64,000 nt of DNA. Source: Klebsormidium nitens. Its lineage: Eukaryota > Plantae > Klebsormidiophyceae. The position numbers were made by a program, and so were the translations under genes. This document shows, piece after piece, positions 11,801 to 24,112 of this stretch (position 1 is its first letter; each line of letters begins with the position of its first letter). The DNA lies in the NCBI GenBank assembly GCA_000708835.1, contig DF237026.1:169151-233150 (forward strand), read 5' to 3'. The notes beneath the pieces are model-generated. The model had not been told where the DNA came from. It was given only the letters and a program-made list of their open reading frames with translations, and did not search any database.

Positions 11801-14800
11801 TTCCCAACCTTTTGATTCTCGAACCCGGTCCAGAAAGTGACGAGAAAGAACCGCAACGGTCTGCCTCTTATTTCGAGTCGTCAGAGGCGTCCGTCATGAA
11901 TCTCCATCCTCTACCTGACGATGCATTCGCTGGCCAAGACTTCCCTTCTTGCCGTGCCAGAGTTTTGATGAAACCTCATCCCAGCGAATTCCCCCATGTT
12001 TCGCTAGGCTGCTCTGCGTCGACGACCTGTTGCCAAGGAAGTTTTTCCCCGTTATTCCGGATGTCACCAGCTCGCCTGTCAAACAATCATGTTTCTCCCC
12101 GTGCCAGACTGTACGTGGACGTTATTCCAATGTCATTTTACCCTAGAACATCAAAACCCTTTAACCCAAACCCTTTTTCCTGCCAGGTTGCTCTGCATCG
12201 ACGACTTGTTGCCAAGAATATCGTCTCCGCTCATCCCGTACGTTAGTAGCTCGCCTGTCAAACCTTCATTTACTCCCCTTGCCAGACCGTACGCGGACGT
12301 CATTAATCCTCATCTTAGTCCTGGTATTCTCAAAACGTTAACCAAACTCTTTTCCCGCCAGGCTGCTCTGCATCGACGACTTATTAGTTGACCTCAGCGA
12401 CGGCCGCGCGCTCGCAGTCCTCCTCCACTCCCTCTCCCCCACGCTCATCGATCCACGTGGCATCCCCCTCGACCGCCAGCTGTCACGCTCCGAAACCGCC
12501 CACGTCATCGGCTTGATCCAGCACGCCGCCCGCACGATCCGGGTCCCCTTTCCGCTGACGCCTGCTGACCTCATCTACGGTCACGCTGGCGTCAAGCCCG
12601 CCCTCCTCTACTTTCTGGCGGCTATCTTCCGGACCTTCGAGCAGAAAGAGCCGTTGCTGCCCGTCGTTCGAAAAGTTCCGTCGTCGAAAGGTGCGAAGAC
12701 GGGGAGCGAGCCTGGAGCTGTCCGTTCCGGCGAGACGATATCCGCAGGCCCACCTGATTGGATACCGGAACCCCGGAAAACCGAGTCGCCTCATCGAAGA
12801 GGATCCTCGGAAATCCCTGATCCGCGCTGGGAAATTGAGGCCCCTGCAGTTAGCTCGTCTTCTGGGCGACCAGAAAGTGGACGAAGTCAATTGGGAGGTC
12901 GCTATTTGTCTTTCGGTCGCCCTGCAAGCAAAGAATCAACCTCGCCCACGGCCGACATTCCGGTTGAAACAGTTGATTCCGCTCGGAGCACGCAGGACAG
13001 CATGAGTGCGGAAACCCCAAGCGGTGGGGTAAAAGACGGGTCCCGGCGAAGAAGCAGTTCAGTCGAAAAGCGGGCGGGGAGCGCTTCACCGGGCAGCCAA
13101 GATGTAGGGGAGACGCCGGCGAAGCAAAATCCCCTCGGCTCCAGAACGACGTCAACGCGTTCCTCCAGGACCACGTCAGCAAAACCTTCCAGGTTGACGT
13201 CACCCGACTCCTCCCGGCTGACGTCGGCACGCTCTTCCGGACGGTTGGCCGTCAGTCCGACCATGATCTCTAGCGGCGGGGTGGCGAACCTGGAAAGCGA
13301 TTTCCAGCCCGGTGCTGACGTCACTGGATTCGTCAGCGCGCTGCCGAGTGCATCGATGACGTCAGAGGATGCCCGGGCCGTCCGGCAGGCGAATCTGTGG
13401 GCGCTGCTGAATCGAGCGGAGGCGAACGCGGCCACCGCCGCGGCGTCGCTATCGCTGGTCCGGGAGCGGCTCTCCGAGGAGCTCTCCGCCAGAACCGGGC
13501 CGGAACGGAACCCAAACGGATCGCCGACAAGGACCCAGATGGTGAAGAGTGGGGTGGGAAGAGGGAGCAAAGAGAAAAGCGGGTCGGCACGGATGTCGGC
13601 AGAGGTTGGAATGGTGGGAAGGGCAGAGGGAGCGGTTGCGAGGGCCTCTTCCGCTCCGGTTCCGCTGGCGGAGTTCCGTTTCGAGGGCGGACTGGAGGAC
13701 GAGGATATGGTGCGCATTGGGGAGCCGAGTGCGGTGGAGCTTGGTTCAGAGCCGAGCGGAACTAGGATGGGGGGTTTGGAGATGGCGGACCGGGAAAACT
13801 TGGCGAATGCCTCAGAGATGAGTTCCGGGCAATTGGGCAGTATGAATGCGCGAAGTTCGGGCGAAGGAAAAACGGACGTCCGGACAAGGACGAAGAAGTT
13901 CTCATTGCGGACGCACCCGTTGGAAAGGTTCGAAGCTGTGGGCAGTGACCGGTTGGAAACGGTCGGAGGAGCCGCAGCGGGCGAGCGGGGAGCGGACGAG
14001 GCGGAAACGGAAACGACGGCGGAATGGACAAAAGCGGAACGAGCTGGAGCGAACACAGGGTCGCTAAGTTCATCCCAAATAAAAGAAAAGTCTGATGCCT
14101 GGGCAAGGGAAAGTAGAGCGAAAGAAAGCGCTGATCTGCCTCGTCTTTCGCTGGAGTCTCCAAGAGGCAGCGTTTTCAGAGTGCTTGACGCTTTGAAAAG
14201 CGCTTCGAGTCCCGTCGAAACCCGCAGCCTCAGTAAAGTAGGTGTTCCGCGGTTGGATCTTCCGGGGGAGTTCACGAGCCCCGTAAGTTTAAGCCCCCGA
14301 ACCGAACGGTCCTCGGGGCGAAGCACCGGGCTGAAGTCCTACAGGACACGTGGCAGTCGTGTGCTCACCGAGCGGTCCGTCGAGGCGCGGCGCAGCCTCG
14401 AGGTGCAGTTCCGGCTGCTGGAGGAGCAGAAGGCGGAGTCGGACCGGAAACGGAACGAGGGCTCGGAGGTGCGCAAGTCGCTGGAGGAGCGGAGGGCCGC
14501 GCTCGTGCGGAGGTCGCAGGAAGGGGTTGCGGGTTTTGCGGGAGGGTTAGGGGGTTTGGTTAGCGGAAACGAGAGTTTTGCGACCGGGTCTGGAGGTCTA
14601 GTGTCCGGAGGCGGCTCGATCCTGCGCGTGTTGTCCGAAAGGCTGAGCCGGAGCACGGAGGGGAGCGAGGGTGACGTGGCAGAGGCTCGGAGTGACGTCA
14701 GCGGGGTGATGACGTCAGAAGCGGCAGACCGGAAGAGTGACGGGAATGGGGCGACAAGCTACGTTGGGTCAATTGAATTGGCGGTATCAGAGGGCAGAGG

Positions 14801-17800
14801 ATCGAGCCGGGCAAAGAGTGAAGCTCGAAGCGAAGATGCATCGAACGAGAATGACAGAAAATCAGACAAGCGGCGGACTCCGGAGCTGCCACGTGGCATC
14901 CTGGATGATGCGGCCCGGGGCTTGGACGTCCGAGCTTCGACGGAGAGTGTGTCCGAAGCTCGTGCCTCGGAACAGGGCTCTGTACCTCCGCTAAACGTTC
15001 CCGCGGGACCTTTAAGGCTTTCCGCCGGTCCGCCGATTGACTCAGCGGAGCTGCGGGGTAATCCTAGCAATCCAATGAGCGTCCGGGAAAGTTCTAGCCG
15101 TCCTGCCGATGCTTTGAGGACTTCAGTTGAGACCGAGCGGAAAGAGATTGACTGGGGCAGCCTTGACTCGGACAGCCCCGTCCGGCGGACGGAGTTTCCG
15201 TCGGACAGCGAGAGTTCCGGTCGGTTGGGGGGAGGTGCCGGAGCGGAACGGAACCCTTTCCAGGAGAAAAAGGCGGTCGACTGGGGAACGCTGCTGACCG
15301 GGGACGGGCTTGATTTAAGTAGTGACGTTAGCCGGCTGGACGACAGCATGGAGTCAAGAGGTGGGGCGGGGACGGAGCCGGATTCCGCCGGGGTGGAACC
15401 GGACTCCGCGGAGGCCGTCCGGAACGGGGAAGGTTCGGAGGAGCAAGGTGGCAGCAGCTTGTGGGGTGATGAGGGACACGTGTCGAAATGGGACAGGCGC
15501 TGGAGTCCGGAGAGTATGCACGCTGACGTCATGCACTTGGAGGCGGAAGAGAAGGAAGAGAGGGGTGGAGGGGAGGGGTTGTGGAAAGAATTGGATAATG
15601 GTGAGGCTTACTCATTACGTCATTTATCGAGCGGTATGAATTTAGAAGTCGTGCAAGAAATTGAGGAGTCTCCCGTTTGACGGAAGCCTCTACCTTCTTC
15701 GCTGGAAAGAGTACGTTCCCATTCTCCTTTCTCGTCGCCTCAAAAAGAGGGAAGAGACTCGTTTGGGCTTGTACGAAGAAGCTTTCGTGCACATCAGCTT
15801 GCCAGTATTACGTAGACCCTGGAAAGCGCACAATTGTCTCCTTCAGAAATTCTTCCGAGCAATTCGTGTACACGCATTCGACGACTGTTTGGATGAGCTT
15901 GTCTTTAGATTGAAACCGTGAAAGAAGCGCGCCTTTGATTGCAACAACTTCTGCGCAACTCTGTCTTGTCCAATGATGCCAAGCGGAACCCAAGCACCGC
16001 AAACAGATAACAGCGTATGCATGAAAGGCGTGTACTGGCACGAATATGAACCCTTCTGACCGCTCGTCCTCCGCAGGTCTCTCGTCGCACGAGGACGAGA
16101 AGGAGAAAGAGAACGAGAACAAGAACGAGAACGAAAACGAAGCCGAACCCAGCCTTCTTCCCGAGCGCCACTTGCGCAAGCCGCCCAAACCTGTCGCGCT
16201 CCACTTGATCGACCGCGACGACAGCGAGAAGCGCGCGCGCATGCAGCGCGCGCTCGACGAGAAGCGCGCGCATTTTCTTTTGGAGAGGCAGCTCCAGCAG
16301 GCCGCGGCCGCGGCCGCGTCGAGCCGCCGGCCGACTGACGACAGCTCCCAAAACCCCGAAACCCTTTTGGTATCGGATGTTCCTTCCGGGAAGCGGCGAT
16401 CGAGCGGCTCTTCAGCGGAAGGCGACGGCGGACATCCGGCGGAAGGCGACGGCGGACTTCCGGCAAAGGGTGGCGGCGGATCGCGGTCAAAAGGCAACAG
16501 CGGCTCGTCAGCACACGTCAGCCGCAGGGGTTCGGGGGTTTTGGACGGTCCAGCCGACGGCGGCTCGTCCGGAAAACCAAGCCGCCGGGTTTCCGGGTTG
16601 TCCGAGGATTCTGAGGACAAAGCGGGCCGCAAGCTCTCGGGGGTCAGTCCGTTTTACGCGGCGCCCCCCCGAATGTCCAACAAGAAGCTCGTCCGGAATG
16701 CGCTGAGCACGGTGTGCCTGGCCGGGGGGGCGCTCAAGCTGGAGAGGGAGCGCGCGCTTATGGTGAGCTGGCGGAGCGCTTATTTGACGTACGTCGAAGT
16801 ACATCACACAAAGTTGCTAGAGTCTGATAGATACAGATGGTGCTGTGAGAGTTGCTTATTGTTGGCGGAGCAGCAAGATGCATTGACGCGGGAGCATGTT
16901 AGGGAAAGTTGATCACGGAGGCCCTCGTGGCGTCTCTCTGATCAGATGCCAAAGCTTCAACTCTGCTGAAGAGAACAGGCGACATAAGGCCCAAGGATCC
17001 CAGTCATATGCGATTAACCCTGCAATTGGATGTCAAAAACTTCGCTTGTGAGCTCGCTTGAACACCCGAGTTACTCCGTTTACACTTCCCCATTTTTGAC
17101 GTCCTCCTTGATTCGTTATCCGCTTAGTACAACGGCAATGTGTGCGCCTCGTGCAGGCTCTTGACGCTTTCGACGGCGACAACTTCGTAATCCTATTCAA
17201 GGACGACAAAGGGACCAAGTTCAAGGGGTTGTACGTTTTGTCAGCGGATGGAAAAGAGGTACCCATCTGTCTTCTCCTCCCATGGTTTTTCTCTTTGCGG
17301 TCTCGATGCAAGCCGTCCAGTAGTTTCTGTAAGAGATGTAACTAGAATCCGTATTCAAGTGCGATGAGCACGACCGATGAGCACGACCCTAGTCTATCGT
17401 TGCTTTTCTACTGCTACAAGCTTCGCAGTTCTTTCCTACCCTGTTTCGCCTGATTGCGACCGCCAGCATTCCGGAAAATGGAGTGCTGAGGAGGGGTTTC
17501 AAAATCTTTCTTTTCGTCCTCTTTCTTAATTTCTCGGCCGTTATTCGAGGCAGTAAAACCGTTGAAAACCCAATTTCTTGTCAAATTTTGGCTGCTGCCC
17601 GTTGTTCGCCTGTCCTGTCCGGCGCAAAACGATTCCTTCTTTCTCTTTTACTCCAGCAACAATCGTTCCCGTTCGCAAAGGTAGCCGGTATCGAGGCGAT
17701 ACCTTTTTTCACCACCGGTTGTAGAAAGAGGTTCAGTCTCTAACGCCAGAACCGTACACAACATTCTGGGTCGGGAGCTCACTCCAAAATGAAATAGCCA

Positions 17801-18029
17801 GTTCGGCGGGAAAGCTCAGTCAGGAACATGCAGCTTTCTGACTACTTTGCAGATTGACCGCATCTACGGCTCTGGGCCGGAGAGCCTGCGATCGGACGGT
17901 GTTGCTCACTACCTCAAGTACGACTCGGGGGCCAAGGAGTTCAAGCCGCTGCAGACGCAACAATTCACCACTTCGACGTGCGCAGTGGCGCCGTCGAACA
18001 GAGCTCCGGGCAAGCGCCTGAGCAGGTGA
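8876..18029 (+). CDS. CAMSAP: CAMSAP/Patronin-like microtubule minus-end protein (6 exons, ~2045 aa)
   Basis: Exons 8876-10686, 11173-11295, 12362-15600, 16077-16762, 17157-17258 and 17853-18029 are phase-consistent and total 6138 nt. Motifs: HPYDWEDALQLWVNAV (animal PYDxEDAxxxWINKV); CAMSAP-type CH domain IDDLLVDLSDGRALAVLLH...LTPADLIYG...LYFLAAIFRTFE; coiled coil EKRAHFLLERQ; C-terminal CKK domain SNKKLVRNALSTVCLAG...NFVILFKDDKGTKFKGLY...GSGPESL...YLKYDSGAKEFKPL. Confidence 0.9.
11995..12361 (+). repeat. Two ~175-180 bp tandem units echoing the CAMSAP exon 3 acceptor
   Basis: AG|G(C/T)TGCTCTGC(G/A)TCGACGAC(C/T)TGTTG at ~12008 and ~12188 precede the true cag|GCTGCTCTGCATCGACGACTTATTA at 12362. 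The two units also share agctcgcctgtcaaac and gccagac-gtacg-ggacgt. Confidence 0.85.
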
Positions 18030-19090
18030 TTCGATATGCATAGCAGCACGCCGCAAGCTAGGAGCGAGGACGCAACGAAGGAGAAGGCATGGCGGCAAGC
18101 CAAACAGGATCTGTTGGCAATTCCGGCCAGGCCCGGCTTAGGTAGCTCGAGCTTTCTGAAATACATTTAGCCCGCCGAGCACCTAAGCCAGACTTGATAA
18201 GATAGGTAGGATATGAAGCACTGTGCACGCGCTTGATCTGCATTCGACCAGATTCTGACCCCGGCTACTACTGATTAATCCAGTCCGGCCTCGGGCCGGG
18301 TGCTTGCTTATTTTACCTTATCTCCCTCATACTCCGGGCCACGTAGTATCCAACGCCAGACGAAATGCATGGAGCTAGGATTGCTTACTCCCTTTCTTGT
18401 CTGGCAAACCTTCCAAGCTGACGTTACTTACCTGCATGTCACTGTTGCAATCAAGTTGGATATGGGGGACAGAAGGTGAATCAGAATCTGCATTCTCGTC
18501 ACGGCGTGCCGACAAGTTGGCCTGAAGGTACTTTATAAACCCATGCACGAGCCCATTGACAATGTCTCACCAGCCCCCCCCCCCGGGGTGTTACTGGAGT
18601 TGATCCACAGTAAGGTGATGTTCCGGACCCAACGATATTGGGGTACGCAAAGTCGATAGTCCGATCGGAACTTATCAGCATGCAAGAAACAGTCTGATCT
18701 TCGATCAATGTTGATTCGATCATAGCATGACTGCTTATGCTCCTACAGCTGTTGGTCAGCACCTGGGACCGTCTACGAGTCTAATACAGGCTTCAACTCA
18801 AATTTCCATCTGACATCATCTGGTCTCAGGCTTCAGGCGACGTGACGAACTTTCGAAGGCTTCGTGAGCTTCTGATAAGCGCGGGCCGCGGGCTTGCCCG
18901 GCCAGACGTCAGAGTCACGGTTCCAATAATCATGACATCAGTGTGTCGTTAGAAGATGATCGGTGTTGCACGCGCGGCCCCATTCACGCCAAATGGGGCC
19001 AATGAAGATAATACAGAAAACCGCAGCCGATCAGCAGGCGCTCAGAGTAGAGAAATGCGAAGTTACCATCAGTGCAGCCTTCGACTAAAT

Positions 19091-19331
19091 GTAAATAAGG
19101 ATGGTCTCTAACTTGTAGCCTTGATAAAACGAAGCTGAATAAGGTTGCTCTCTTTATAGGCTGGTTAAACTGAAGGTACATAAGGATGGTCTCTAACTTG
19201 TAGCCTTGATAAACTGAAGGTAAATATGGATGCTCTCTTTATAGGCTGGTCAAATTGAAGGTAAATAAGGATGCTCTCTTTGTAGCCTTAATATTATCCG
19301 AAGGTAAATAAGGATGGTCACTTTGTAGGGC
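19091..19331. repeat. Minisatellite, ~6 copies of a 41-44 bp unit
   Basis: Core gaaggtaaataaggatg(g/c)tctct...tag(c/g)c. Variant tails alternate: aacttgtagccttgataaa versus ttataggctggt(t/c)aaa. Confidence 0.85.
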
Positions 19332-19989
19332 TGTGTCGAGCTAGATATCTTCTAGAGATTCGAGCCTGTAGGTTGGAGATTATCAGCGAATCCGACAGAG
19401 TGGATACAGAACTGTGAACGAGCCCGCAGCTTGCCTATATCCTAGAGCCACATGATACCGGTGTCAAGACTAATTCCATTTTACTGATCTGCTCAGAATG
19501 CCGTTTGCGACCAACAAAAGCATGTTCTGTCATGCTTCGTTCTTTTCTATCTAATCGAATTTCTCAACCTAGCTGTACCTTCTCCCTTGCATTTGTTAAT
19601 GGGAACGCGAATTCGTAGATTCGATGGCGGCAAATTGATCTCTTCAATCTTGAGCCGATATGGTACAACTAGATAAGGACTTGGCAATCTAAAAGCTCAC
19701 ACTGACCATCTTGATGACATAGATTTTCAGATTTAAGGAATGATTGAGTATTTACATGTATGATATTGTCAAGATGGTGATCCGGCGGCCGGGAATCATG
19801 TCAGTGTGACCGCGCTACAACAGTACGCATCATGTCCAATCAGAGTCGAAGTGCATGTAGGTGATCTGCTGGCTCGTTGATCCTAGATCTACATCTTCTA
19901 ATAACATGATGGTACGCATAGATAGCAGCTAGCGTACGCATGAAACGATCTTGTAGTCCAGTACTACCAGCTGATGGCTCTGCGTTCAT

Positions 19990-20560
19990 AAAAATGCTTC
20001 TTTCCATCCCGTTGCTTACTCCGTTTCCGTCTCAAATCTTCCCAGACTTTGCTCGTTGAAGAAAAGCTTCCCCACAGTTCACTGCCAAATAGCTTCAAAT
20101 CTTTTCGCGAGATGTGGCTTGCATACAGCAAAAGCTTCGTTCCTTTCTCTGGGCATCCAAAACTCCTTCTCCGACCCTGCCCATCGCCTATTCCCCGGAC
20201 CTTATTCTGCCCATCCACACTCGCCACGTGCCCTAATATGATGCATCCACAGAAAATTACCAGGCCTTCCTGTTTCGCCGTCCCCAAAACCCCCATGCTT
20301 TTCCCGCTCTGAAGCCCGCTCGCGGAATCCGGCAGCACATCTCGTAACAGTCCGCGTCTTCCAATCCGCCCTTGCAGCGGAGCTCCGCCAGCGGAACCTG
20401 AGCGGAAGAGGCCCTGGCGGTGGCCTGCTTCTTTCCAGACCTGTTGGGCCCTTCCAAGCAGACACTTTAGCCGACGTAAAGCCGATGTCTCGATCCACGC
20501 TTGTTTCGACCCCTTTTTTACGCATCCAGATACCTTCGGCGTTCGTGTCAATTCGAGCCC
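19990..20560 (-). pseudogene. Inverted, decayed copy of part of CAMSAP exon 3 (~13500-14040)
   Basis: The minus strand encodes ARASSAQVPLAELRCKGGLEDAD versus ARASSAPVPLAEFRFEGGLEDED in the gene. Colinear DNA matches continue, e.g. aaaagatttgaagctatttggcagtgaac versus gaaaggttcgaagctgtgggcagtgacc. No long conserved frame remains. Confidence 0.8.
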
Positions 20561-22230
20561 TATTCTGGCGAATGGAATGTAAAGAGTGGTCATATTGTGA
20601 GTTTGTCCCTGAGCGCCACCCCAACGACCTCAAATAACTCCTTTCTGTTCGCAGTTGGGGTCTATTCGCGAGCAACCTATTCTCTAGAAAGCCGAAGCAA
20701 TCTACATGATAGACGTCTAAAGGACTCGTTCAGATCTTAGGACGAGACTCTGAAATCTGACAGAAACCTGAAAGGCAAGAGAGTACAGCGACGCTGCGGC
20801 CGTAGGAGGGCTCCCCTCCGCCCGGCTCAGGAGCGCCCAAGTTCACTTTCTCCCGTTCTGCGCATACTCTGACGTCATCTAGGGGACGAAGACCGTGCGG
20901 GCAGCCGGCCTGCTGGATTAAGCTGATGCGGCGGGCGGTACCGAAACCTGACAGCTGGCCGTCGAAGGCGATGCGACGTGGATTCATGAGGGGGGAGGAT
21001 GGGCAGTAGAGAAAACGACTTTGAGCGCGCTCGACCGTCGCTCAGGTCGATATGCGGCTGTCGTAACAGACCAGCCTGCCAAGATAACGGATAAAGGAAA
21101 CCCAGAAGAGTGCGAGCAAAGCTTCAAGAATTCAAGAAGTTTTGAACAAAGGAAAAGAAGAAAGGGAAGTTGTCTTTCGGTTCCTGACCACTTTGTCAAC
21201 TTGAGGTTAGCCGTTACAGTTAACGGAAGAACGAAGTTGACGAAGCAGGGGTCAAAGCTGACTTTTTGCGGAGTTTGAGTTGACAGCGGCTACCGAGACG
21301 AAGGAGGAGGCCGTCACGACTGAGGCGCGCGTGAGTGCAAACACCTGGGTCACGGCCGCGGCCGCGCATGTCGCGCCGCACAATTCGCACCTTTACAGCT
21401 TCGTGCGCATCGCGGTTGTTGAATCCACAAAGAGATTCAATAAGGAGGCACTTCCTTGCCCCATAATTTTGCTCTAATGCGAAACGCAATCGCGCAGAAG
21501 GGATCAGTTCGGTCGAAAGCTGAGTCCGGCGGCGAGGCCGCGGCGCAAAGGGCGGTAGTACGCCTGGGAGACGTCACGTCAGCTTCACGTGAGGGCCTTC
21601 AACTGAAAGCCAGGGGGTCCGCCGGGTTTACTATATTTATGTCATCGGTCAGATCCTGAGCAATTTCTGGATCGTACTCATGTGCTCAAGCGTTTCTAGA
21701 ATGATTCAGATCTGCAGTTTGTCCTTCAATTCAATGTCTGCCTTGTGAGTGGCACTGAAATCGACAGGGAGTCAAGCAGGCACGCTGCTAAAGTTTCTGG
21801 GCAAGAACAAAACGGCCGCGACTCAGAAGCGGTGTGACCACAATCAAGGCCGTTCTGAAATAAAGCCAGCTTTTTCAAAGACCACAACTTCGCAAGGCAA
21901 ATCCAGGACGCTCCCTTAAAGCCAGTGAACCGAAGCTACGGACGAATTGCGGGTGGAAATGTTTGAAGGTATTTTTGCTGCGTGGCTGAATCGAAGCGAT
22001 CGATGGGTCGAACGGAAACGAAGGGAAAAACAGGAGTGAAGGCCGTTTCATTCATTAAATGAAACGGAACAAAACGAAACGGAAGCGGTTCGCTTAAGGC
22101 CCCCCAACAAGAGTTTCGAGGCTCTCGGTGAACCGGTCGACCAACGGTGACGCATAAAAAAGGCTGCCTCGGGTCGTACTTCGCTGGGTGCATAAAAATG
22201 GCAGCGTATATCAAGCGCGTGAAGCTTTGT

Positions 22231-22301
22231 ATTAAGGACCTGCAGAGATATTAGGGACCAGTATTAAGGACCAGTATGAAGGACCAGTACTAAGGACTAG
22301 C
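22231..22301. repeat. Short tandem repeat, ~13-bp unit, about 5 copies
   Basis: attaaggaccagt / atgaaggaccagt / actaaggactagc. Confidence 0.7.
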
Positions 22302-24092
22302 TAAGATACAGCCCGCAGTCCAGCTGGTCAAGCACACGTGCCCCGGTTGAGCCTCCTGGGCAGCTTGACCCTAGCTCCGCGAGCGCCCGCGAGGCTTTGA
22401 AACGGGCAGTCTTTGGGATGAAGCGCCGAGATTCTTCAGGTTAAGCGCCAGTCGTGATGAAGTATTCGTGCCATCATATTGATTGAGGATTGCCGTGCAG
22501 CTTCGAGGCCGCTTTCAGCGCCTGGAAAAGCAGACGGCGGAGCCGTTGTCGGAATGAGTAACAAGGGCTCGAGGGTGCGTCGTCCGCTGGAAGAGCAAAT
22601 CGTAGTCGTTCGCGCACAGTTCGTCGCGGGAGGGCTGGTTGGGTAGGCGGTGAGCTCAAGAGTTGATTCCGTAAGCGGGACTGCCGTCTACGTCTAGCAG
22701 TTGGTTCTGGAGCTTCAACGCTAACGTCAGGATGCCCCGGTGCGGCTGGACCATACTCCGCGTACGTGACATCTGAAAGGCTCAATCAATGTGTCACAGA
22801 GCAGAGCGCATAACCCATGCAATTAACACTTCACCAGCAATACCTCCCATCCGGAAGTCTATAGCGCCACGGCTGCTGCGTATTGCTTCCATCACTAGCC
22901 GCGAGGGTCAATGTCAGAGACACTTAAGTGGCCGGTTGGGCGGGTTGGCATCAGCCGAGTCAGGGGGATCCCCTGGTTCGTGGGTGCTCTCTGGCCAGAG
23001 TCTCGTTGCACTGCGAAACGTCAGGCCGGTGTACAGTTCGAAGTTAGCGGCGCAAATGCTAAAATGAAGAGGAGAGTGCCCAGGAAGGGGCCCGGGACGG
23101 AGCCTGACCTATGATGTTCGTGCCTGACTTTGAACAAGCTGCGGGATCTGCAGGGTGGTGAAAAGTCTCGTGGTGAATCTTTTGTGGTTGATCATCATGA
23201 GCGGTAACTCACAGGCTCGATCCTGTGCGCGCGCCCTTAGAAAGTATTAGGGGGGTGTCGGGCTAATTTAACCCCGACTCTTGAGGTTCGGAGAGCCTAC
23301 CAGGCTGGGCCTTTGGCAGGCCGGCCGGCGATTCTGGAGTCTGGATGCAGAATCCAAACTAGCTAGCTAGACTCCGGAGACCTGAAGGCTAAGATCCATG
23401 ACACATTATGTCGCCACATAGCAAGGGAATCGGGATCGTCTTTGGACGTCGGCGACCGGACGCGGACGTCCCTCGGACGTACTACCCTTTCGGCGCACTG
23501 GTATAGTTAGTACCGCGGCACCGTGACCGTCCGAGTGGCTTCGTTGCTGACTTGGCGCCGAGAGGAGTGTTAAAACTTAACCCGCTGTCTCCCGCCCACC
23601 TGACGAGCTTGCCTGGCCACGAACGAATCGCCCGGGCCTCGATAACCGAGGTTCTGCAACTTCAACTTCTGCCCCTTTTTGTCGAAACTTCGAAGTCCTT
23701 TACGGTGTACAGGCGAGTCATCCGGCCACGCAATGCGGATTTCCGGAAGTCAGCGCTCGGGGCGAGTCGTTGACAGTTGTGTGCGCATGCTACCTGTAAC
23801 CATAACATGATTTCAGCATCCAAAATCCAAATCATACTTTGTAACTGGCCGGGCGCGGGGCGGCCGGGCAATTCTCCCAAGTTCCAACTTGAACGTCATG
23901 CAAGGTTCATTTTGAAACCTACCCAATACGGAATCAGAAGTTCACTACAGGTGGACGCAAAAGCAGTAGTTTGCTACATTCGGCCGCCGGCGAGTCGACG
24001 TCTTGTCCGTATTTTGCCCTGTGATTCAAGTGCGATCGCATCGAATCTGACCCTTGAAACGAAAGGACGAACAATCTGAGGACACCCCGCTC

Positions 24093-24112
24093 NNNNNNNN
24101 NNNNNNNNNNNN
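24093..24112. other. Assembly gap (20 N)
   Basis: Run of 20 n. The motif atc(t/g)gacccttgaaacga occurs on both sides, suggesting a repeat-induced gap. Confidence 0.99.

Noticed and set aside
12902-14326. 474-aa minus-strand ORF (also 14759-15532, 15808-16632, 9958-10773)
   Set aside because: Antisense shadows of GC-rich CAMSAP exons; Ser/Pro/Leu-rich with no independent motifs.
19091-19331. Possible CRISPR array
   Set aside because: The 'spacers' are variants of each other, there are no cas genes, and the context is eukaryotic; it is a minisatellite.
21287-21477. Exon-like pieces with good splice signals (gacag|...|gtgagt...ttacag|)
   Set aside because: No recognisable product in any frame and no linked start or further exons; cannot be supported as a gene.
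22474-22785. 103-aa minus-strand ORF, possible transposon remnant
   Set aside because: No gag, RT, integrase or transposase motifs; no LTR, PBS or TIR found.
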